DNA of 20,757 bases from Psammoneis japonica. Its lineage: Eukaryota. Under the pieces are notes generated by a model. The model ran no database searches, was not told where the DNA came from, and saw only the letters and a list, made by a program, of their open reading frames with translations. Made by a program: the position numbers and the translations under genes. Location: positions 186,001 to 206,757 of the forward strand of contig QPGO01000146.1 of assembly GCA_008632985.1 (NCBI GenBank), in the 5' to 3' direction. This document shows positions 9,099 to 17,043 of the stretch, piece by piece (within the stretch, counting starts at the first letter, position 1; the number at the start of each line of letters is the position of its first letter).

Positions 9099-11013
9099 TT
9101 TGCCATTGTGAACAGAGTGTCGCTCATTTGAAGGCGTTGCGTTTGGATTGCTTGCCATGTCTCAGTGTCAAGATTGTGCTCTCAACTGCGTGGGAGTGCA
9201 AGCAGAGTTCAAAGAGGTCCAAGCTTGCGCTTGCGAAGGCAGTGGTGCATTTCACTTTTGCTGCAGTGAGCTCTGGCTCTGCCATTTTGTGCATCAGCTT
9301 TGCACCTTTCTCTTGGAATTCAGTTGTTGCCTCTTTGAATTCATTGACAAGCCTTTGTCTCCATCTGTGTCATTTAAATTAAGCGCAAACAACAAAATGG
9401 AATGTTCACAATGCAAACAATTTTAAATTGCAGGTTTTGCAGGAATGGAGGGTGGGCACTCTCACAGGGAAAATGGTTGGCTGTTTCACAGTGAATGGTG
9501 TTGCCTCACAGGACAGTCACGGGCTCCACAGCAACAAGTTTGTCTTTCACAGTTAACAAATTGTCACCACGCACACAACTGGCAAGGTTTGAAACCACAA
9601 AATTTTTAACTGTGACAGATTAAAAAATTCACCATGAGAAAGTTGGTCTGATCACTGTGTTGCGCGCTCTGATGGCTGCACAGACAAACATCGCGCCATT
9701 GCCAAAAAAACACAGCCAATGCAGAGCACAAGATTTGTCATGGCTTCCATGCTTGCTCTTTTGCAATGCTTTCAGGAGACACATGTTTTTGCCTTCTTTG
9801 CAAATTTGTTTTGCAGCTTGCTCCCACACACCACACTCAATGCCACTGTCGTCAACACAGAAAAGTCTCTCCCCAAGGGGCATTTGCACCATGTTTTGGC
9901 TGGCATGCTCCACCCCAAAAAGCCACTGCACAATGAACAGCAGCAGCTGGGCTGAGAATGACAAAGCAAGCTGGCCAACTTTTTTAAGCTGAAGCTCACA
10001 ACCTGCAGCCACACGACGAATTGTGAGTGCAGCACACACAGCAGCATGCTGGTGCTTTCATCGACAGGAGCAAGAAAAAACTGACAAGACAATGGCTTGA
10101 AGTCTTCAACAGCAAACACAATCAGAGCACATTGGCCAGAGCCAAAAGCTGCAACAGGGTGCCAGCTCAGCAGACATGATTGTGAAAGAACGCAACTTGG
10201 CTGCTCCCATTGCAACATGAGCGGATCCACTGCAGCAGTTTTCTTTGGCTGCTGGTGTGTGATGATGGCATAAAGCCAAGCAGCAATGCACAAAACAAGG
10301 CACTTTTTGTGACTGGATTGACTTGTTTCAGATCAACAGAAACTTTCAATTGAGCAAAATTTGGACATGGGACAACAGAAAGGAGCACAGTGAGAGAAGA
10401 AGCTCAACTTTGCTTTGCACCCACCAACAACTTTTTCAGATGACTTTGCGGCTGCCCCCACCCTGTCTCCCACAACATGTAACTGAAGACAAAGAGCAAG
10501 CTGTCATCAAGGATTGCATTGGTGATTGGTTGATTGTTGGTTGAGGGACTCTGGGCAGAGCATGAGGCTCGTGTTTCTCGCTTCCAAAATCATCCAAGAA
10601 CCTTGTCGAGGTTTGAAGCATCGCACGGACCAAACATGGGTGCAAATCCGTGCGAAGCCGATTCTGGCGTTATGAATCTCGTTTGCATGTTTTGCAATGT
10701 ATACTTGACACTACTTCCTGTCCGCATCATTTCGATGGTCGAACGTTTCTCATCAACTTCGCAGCTTTGCCGATGACTGCCCTAAAAACTTTCTACGTTT
10801 TTGGCCCGGATTGCTCCCCAGGATGCGGGTGTTACCATAGTGTAGTTAATTGTTATTCTACGAACGGTCGATTTGAAATGCAGCTTTTTCCGATGAACTT
10901 CCATGAGTCGGCTCTTTAGTCGCAGTTTAAAGCGATTTCTGAACTAGATCTGCATCCAAGAGAAATCAAAAGCTCTATATCACATTTCTATTTAATCGAG
11001 TTGTTCTCATTGT

Positions 11014-11753
11014 TTAGAACAATCCAAAGAACTTCTTCTTATCGTCTCCTCCTTTCTTGAAATCATTGACATTGGGAGCCTTGTAGTTTTTGGAAAACTT
11101 GGGTGCGGCTCCCATGGCGGATTCCGGTCCTCGCTTGGCACGGCTGCCGCTCCAGTCAAGGCCTTCCCCAAAGCCCAGAACGGAAACGGATTGTTCCTTG
11201 CGGTAGCCGCCGGCGGCGTACGCCTTGTCGCTCGCCAACCATGTTTTCTTGTTGCGGGCATTCTTGACATCGGAATTGTCCCAAGATCCTCCGCGTTGCA
11301 TGTACTGTACGTAAGTTTTGAAATAGCATTGTACAAAAAAATATTGGGTGTAAGAGACGACACTCGTGATGACAACGCCCATTCATTGTTACATCCAATC
11401 AATCATATTCTTCTACTTACAGGAATATCTTCCTTTCGGATCTTTCCGGATTTCAGTTTTTCTTTGGCATTAAACATGGGCATGAGATGCGTCGCTTCGC
11501 CTCGCTCCATGGCTTCTTGAAAGGATTGCATAGATCTTGACTTGAAACCTCTTGGTCCCAAACCACCCAAGTTTCCCGGTCGCAGACGCTTTCGTTCTTC
11601 TTCCTTGAATTTCTTGTAACTCTCGGGAGTAAAGCCATCGGGAACATATGCAAAGAGCGCCGTACTACTACGTGTTGGTGACGACGACGATGCAGTAAAC
11701 CCACTCGATACGCCAACAAGAGCAGCAAAAAGAGCAATGCAAACAGTCTTCAT
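11014..11753 (-). CDS. Plastid-targeted hypothetical protein, 207 aa (exons 11753-11421 and 11304-11014)
   Basis: Signal peptide MKTVCIALFAALVGVSSG followed by F and an S/T-rich transit peptide (ASAFAP-like bipartite signal). A 116-bp phase-0 intron at 11420-11305 (GTAAGT...TACAG) joins KEDIP to YMQRGGSWDNSD. The C-terminus is KKKFFGLF. It resembles a diatom/algal uncharacterised family (from memory, not searched). Confidence 0.88.
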
Positions 11754-12293
11754 TTTCTCAAAAGATTTTGTTACGGCGCGTTTCAGAAAAAAGTGTCAAG
11801 AGTGAGTGCGTTGCCCAAGAAGATGTGTCTTTTGCCAACTGCAACAAAGAACAACAGTTGTTGTGAGAATTTTGGGTCGGCATCCCTAAATCGTGGCGAC
11901 GTGTTGGTCGCTTGCGTCAGCAAAATGCCGATGGTTTGCCTGTCTTGCTGTGCAACACGTCAGTGTTCCCGTGACACTTTTCTTACCTAGCCATAATGGA
12001 TGAGTGTGACGTATGCGTACTGGAGATGTACGTGCACGAAAAATTTATATACTTGTCTACGTGCACAGAGGGAAAGTAATGATTGGGATCTTTTGGAAAA
12101 AACGCGGGAAAGATCATTCAATTCCTTCATGACTGCATTACATAATCCACCACCAAACAAATCTTTTCCGTTCCGCATGCAGTGGCACCACACAAATTCA
12201 CTTTTTTTTTTGCAACTGCATTGCAAAACAAGAAAAGTATAGGTAGAGGAGTCACACAATTCATTGACGTTGTAGTAGGAAAAAGCACTAAGT

Positions 12294-13890
12294 ATGGATA
12301 GTAGCAAGAGACTTAAAATCGGTGAAAGTGACGGCCCTCCACGAAAGGAAGAAGAACAAGAGCCTGATGGTTTCAATGTCCTGTTTGAAAACGAGGATTT
12401 GCTGTTGCAAGTCTTGTTGAGAACCGACGCGGAGGATCATGGGCCGCTTCGTTGTTCCTGCAAGACCTTTCAACGTGTTCTCAATTCCAGCGTCTTTCGA
12501 CAAGAACGCTTGAAGAAAGAGTGGGCACAAGTGCATGTCCCTGGGCAGAAAATGGTTCTGGACGGGAACTGTATGGATGATGGGTTTCCCGTGATGCATC
12601 ACGAGGCCAGTATTTTTGTCGACGGAAAAGAGGCTGGATCAGCCAAGCTGGTCTACGTTAATCGGCGTGTTAAGGATGTCCTTCATGTTCCATTTTTGAA
12701 TTATGTGGAAGACTGGTTCGAAGACGGAGACGATGATCTGCATTATGCGGCGAACCTGTTCTTACCGATAGGGCTCGTCCCAAGTTGAATTCTCTTCGAA
12801 AGGCGACAAAGGGGAAAGATCACACCAAGAAAAAACTCTTGTTTATTAAAAGTTTGGATCTATCGGAAGAGTATCGTCGTCATACCTGGGTGGGAGCATG
12901 TGCGCTTGGATGCATGCGTGAGTTTGAATTTGGACGAGGTGACTTGATTATTGATTGGGGGCATTGCCATGTACAGAGGTGATCGTCGCCGACAGCTTGT
13001 CTCCGAGGACGACTTTCGTGATCAGGAACGGTGGGAGGCTCTTATGGAAAATGAAGGAGCTTTGTCTGAGGAGGAAGAAAAGGAAATGGCGGATTTGGGA
13101 GCCAAGCTCGAGGCTCTTGACGTGGCAGACTTGAGGCCGTTTTTACGCGCTGGCTTTGAGCAGCCGGACGAAGTGATTGCTCGCAGGAACCATTACTTTG
13201 TCTTTTGTACGATCGACAAGTTAGTGTGTGAGCCTTCCAGAATGATGACTGGTCAAGAGGCAGAGGCGCTTCCAATCCAGCCTCTAGTGCCTGGTCCAGA
13301 GCCCGAAGAGGATTGTGCCGACTTTAGGGAGGACGACGAGGCAAGCCACGACGAGAGCGATTGGTCGGACGCTTGCTTTGATTATTAAAGAGAAACTGCT
13401 TCGGATGATTTCACTAAGGCTTTGCAGAGATGGGAGCATGTTCAGAATCCAGTGGATTTTGAAGACTTCTCCAAGGAAGACCTGAACGAAATGGAATTGA
13501 ATAGCACGGATGGCGAATCGCGTTTTCGGAAACGAGTAATGGTAATAGAATCACGTTCTTCATCACGGATGCCGCGGGCGAGACAGCCCTTGGACAGTAT
13601 CGCTACAACTCGAGGGACACTATTTTTACCCGGTGAATCATGAATCGTTTCCTATTACGCCAACCGGAGCTGATGGCCTCAACTTTGCATCCTTATGTCT
13701 TGATACCTCGGGCTTTGATAATTCGTCTTCTAGTGATGATCCGGACAAGGATGTTTTATTGGGAAGACTGCAGCGATTGCTGATGTAATCCCCTCTGCGG
13801 CATGAAGAGAGATTTTGAATTCTTTGAAGGTGTCATTGAAGATCTCTACCAATGCTACTTATCCGGACGAGGATGATTCGGGCGGGTAAG
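12294..13890 (+). pseudogene. F-box-like plus GNAT-like protein, disrupted (pseudogene or assembly indels)
   Basis: F-box-like segment LFENEDLLLQVLLRTDAEDHGPLRCSCKTFQRVLNS. GNAT-like motifs LLFIKSLDLSEEYRRHTWVGACAL and LRPFLRAGFEQ. A -1 frameshift near 12762 and a +1 in the G5 run at 12957-12961 restore ...TDRARPKLNSLRK... and ...IIDWGIAMY.... An in-frame TAA at 13386-13388 is followed by coding-like sequence, including DAAGETALGQYR in a shifted frame. The 3' end is uncertain. Confidence 0.6.
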
Positions 13891-14284
13891 CACTTCGACT
13901 TTCGTGATATCTCTACGGTAGGATGAAAACGAAGTGGGATGATTATGCGATCTCAAACTCGTGACTGACATTCGCTCCACGACTGAACCGATTGAACCAC
14001 GACTGAAAATATTCAATGTTCGGCGACAGCAGGTTGGCGATGAGAAGCGGCAACTTCACACGAACAATCGAAGGCTATTTCATGTGTGCACATACGATGG
14101 TGACACCTTTCCTCATACTTAAAAAGTGTCACTCCCATTACGTGGTCGGAGTCCCGGTACGATAGAAATGCGAACCCATCACTACGGAGTTGCGTAAAGA
14201 ACATGCCGCAAAGAACAAAAACGCGAGTCTCACAAAAACAACAATAGCAACAAACGACCTAGCAACAAGAACAACAACGACACC

Positions 14285-15207
14285 ATGCGCTTCAACATCT
14301 TACTGCTCATGCTTTTTGCCCCTCGTGACGGGTCGCCGACGATGAGGTGGTTCTAGGTGAAGGTACAATTTTCACGGGAGGCGAGTCTAACCACACGCAT
14401 AGCGGTGCATGCCGTTTGAAACTCCAGCGTGATGGCAACCTGATTGTCCGACGCCGTGGCCCCTTTTGGACCGTCCCAAACGACCCTGATCCCAGGGAGG
14501 ACTCTATCAGTTGGACCAGTGGTCATCACCAAGTTGGAAGTTATCATGCGAGGCTTCAGAACGATGGAAACCTTCAAGTCATTTTCCACGGATCGGATGC
14601 TGAAGAAGTTGTCTTTTCAACTCATGTGGTATCCTTTCCTGACAATGAGCCGGCTCCGAGTCATGATTTACTCTTTACCGACAACTGCATTCTGAAAATT
14701 CAGAGAAAGTTTCCTGACGGGAGTAAGGACATCATTTGGCGAAACATCCACGGCTGGCTTGATAACTTTTCAGCCGACGAGTATCCCGGACTGGACAATG
14801 TAATGCAAAAGGGCGAGTTTTTTTCGTATCCCAATCAAAACCACGGAACGGTATGTGGCACGGGAGCCAACTTTTGTATGGAGGTACCCTTTTCGCTTCG
14901 ACTCCAACAGGATTGCAACCTGGTGAGCTTTGTCGGACACGACTTTGGGGATGCGGCTGCCGTGGTGTGGTCGGCGGGTGTGGCGCGGCCCCAGTTTGAC
15001 AATTGCTATCTCTTGGTGGACTCGAACGATGTAGCGCTTTATGAAGGTGATTTTGATCCAACGCTTCCGCCCAATTCGAACCGCCCCGGAAAGTATTGGA
15101 GTGTGCCACAGAGTTTTTTTGATGACGCTGGCGGGTTCCAACCGGGTACTTCTACGTACCAGATTCTCATCAACAATGCAGGCCAGATGTATTTGGATTG
15201 GGATTAG
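14285..15207 (+). CDS. Secreted bulb-type (GNA-like, B-lectin) domain protein
   Basis: QxDxNxV-type motifs LQRDGNLIV, LQNDGNLQV and LQQDCNLVSF. ATG at 14285 follows a CAA-rich leader. The signal peptide MRFNILLLMLLPLVTVADDEV is restored by removing one T (~14315) and one G (~14331) from homopolymers, guided by the paralog at 17044. Confidence 0.8.
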
Positions 15208-17043
15208 GGAGGAATCAGAATGATGAGAGTAATTGTTCGGTTGACATTACGCGCTTGTATTATACGAAACAAAGTTGAATTGGGATATTGAGCCAAGAAG
15301 ACGGAGAGTGAGCGACGCGGAGGATGTCAGCAATGCGAATGCGCCAGGAGGATGAGATATTGTGATACTTTCACCTTCAGCATTCCTCTACGTCTATGAA
15401 TGATAGTAGCGTGATAAAAATAGGATGATGATTAGAAACAAAAGCATTCACGAGTAGCGATAAACCTTACGTACCTTCCTCGCCCTTCATCGTGTTGTGC
15501 GCCAAACGCCAAACAACCACACCGCGATGCGGCTCGCTGCTGCGTGGCGCGGACAGACAACATATCATATCTTTTTGCGATTGCGTTGCTTGCTTTCGCA
15601 TCAGTTGTCAACGCTCACGTCTCACGTCTCACGTCACGATGGCTTTGACAACCTCAGCTCTGACAGCCCGATGCATGCCACCATATTGTACTCTATGCAA
15701 TAGTCTTTCGATCAGTACGACTGTGGCAAGTTGGTGGCATTTGAACTTCAATCTGCACTATTGGGCTTGCGCAGAAGGGGCACGGGGCGCACTCTGAACT
15801 ACAAATAATGTAATTGTACGAATAGCTTTCGACGTTGAAAACGGGAGCCATTTCTCCGAAGGATGGGAGAAGCAAATGCAAGGTACTCAAAGGACGGATA
15901 GCATGCCCACAATCGAGTACGAGCCAAACCGGGTGCTTGAAAGGAGATGGCTTGCAAGTTTGAAGCTACAGAAATAAGCCTTTTTGCAAAGAACAAAGCT
16001 CATTTTGTTCATGTCGAGGAAGCGATATCTTGTGTGGATTGGGAGGGATGCAAATCTCACATGGCAACAAGGACAGCCCTGAAGTTTGTTTTCACTGCGT
16101 CTTTCTTTTCAGAGGACAAGGATGATTCGCGTTAGCAGATCTCACCTTTGTTTACCCCGGTGAATAGTTTTGCCTTTTTTCCGACAAATCCACTATTTGG
16201 CTCACCTACTTAGTACTCCTGCAACTCTCTCTCTAGAGAGATTGAAAATTCTGGAAGAACGAGTGGATAGCGGAGCTGAGAAGGCCACATTCAAATAATG
16301 CACTTACAGAGGCGAGCTGCTGTAACTGAAAATGATGCGTGGCATGGAGCGGCAATAGGAGTAGGTCCCGGCCAGTTGTCAAAACTTTACGGCAAGAGAA
16401 TCGACGCCCGAGTGTCACTTTATTTCGTTGTCAGTCAGGAACATTTTCTTTTGCTATTCTTCGCCTATCTTCGATGGTCCAACTTGAGCCTACAGCATCA
16501 TATTGACATCAACGTGGATCACCCCGTCTTGTTTCCTTGACATTCAGATGGAGAGATGAATTGTAGTCACAAGCAGCCGCCGCACGGACGAAACCATTGA
16601 CGAAGACACCAAATGTCAAGTTCTCAATCCCGACCGGGGCCCTCAACCGAGATGACCTCTCATCTAGCTCTCTAGAAGAGCTAAAGAGTAGACGAGGACG
16701 AATTGGAATAGCGAATGTGGATTACTGTATGACGGAACAGTGGTGAATGAGACACCCGCAATAAGACTGCGAAGGTCATCCTCACCCACAACTGCGGCTC
16801 CGTGCGACCCACGACCCGCAACAATAACCACGATTGATTTCACAAAATCGGAAGCATGATGACGAGTGGTCGTGCACAATCACATTTCTCTCACCTTCAT
16901 AGACTCAAAAATTGGTATTCGACAATCGCTCTATGAGTGGTTGTCAACATGGTGTCACAGTCCCGTCACGAGCTTATGCGAACCTTCCGTACTGTCTCAT
17001 TGAATCAACAACAACATAAACAACGAAACAAAGACAGGACAAT

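Larger units (their letters stand above)
2380..10670. other. Hypermutated TpA- and CpG-depleted block; probable silenced and degenerated mobile element or foreign insertion, family unidentified
   Basis: About 25 TA dinucleotides in ~8.3 kb by eye, with none seen between 5584 and 7536. CG is very rare outside 7790-8290 and parts of 8700-9240. CA/TG are strongly enriched. Six-frame ORFs are almost Tyr-free, Cys/His-rich and end nearly always in TGA. No termini or transposase/RT motifs were recognised. Confidence 0.85.

Noticed and set aside
8817..9117. GCAAGT in both repeat copies as fossil GTAAGT splice donors on the plus strand
   Set aside because: Attractive as TA->CA evidence, but the minus strand reads at least as well as protein (AGASATANLGASAAGSRPIDMELAAAAIVAVD). 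The intron reading is unsupported.
2377..10544. Dozens of Cys/His-rich ORFs as real genes or zinc-finger proteins
   Set aside because: They overlap in all frames, lack Tyr and have no family motifs. Loss of TAA/TAG and gain of TGY/CAY codons explains them.
2380..10670. Classical fungal RIP, or GC-biased gene conversion, as the cause
   Set aside because: RIP raises TpA and depletes CpA, the opposite of what is seen. gBGC is not dinucleotide-specific and would not deplete CpG.
15490..16880. Short ORFs between the lectin genes
   Set aside because: No motifs or consistent exon structure. At most a decayed minus-strand remnant around 15700-16135.
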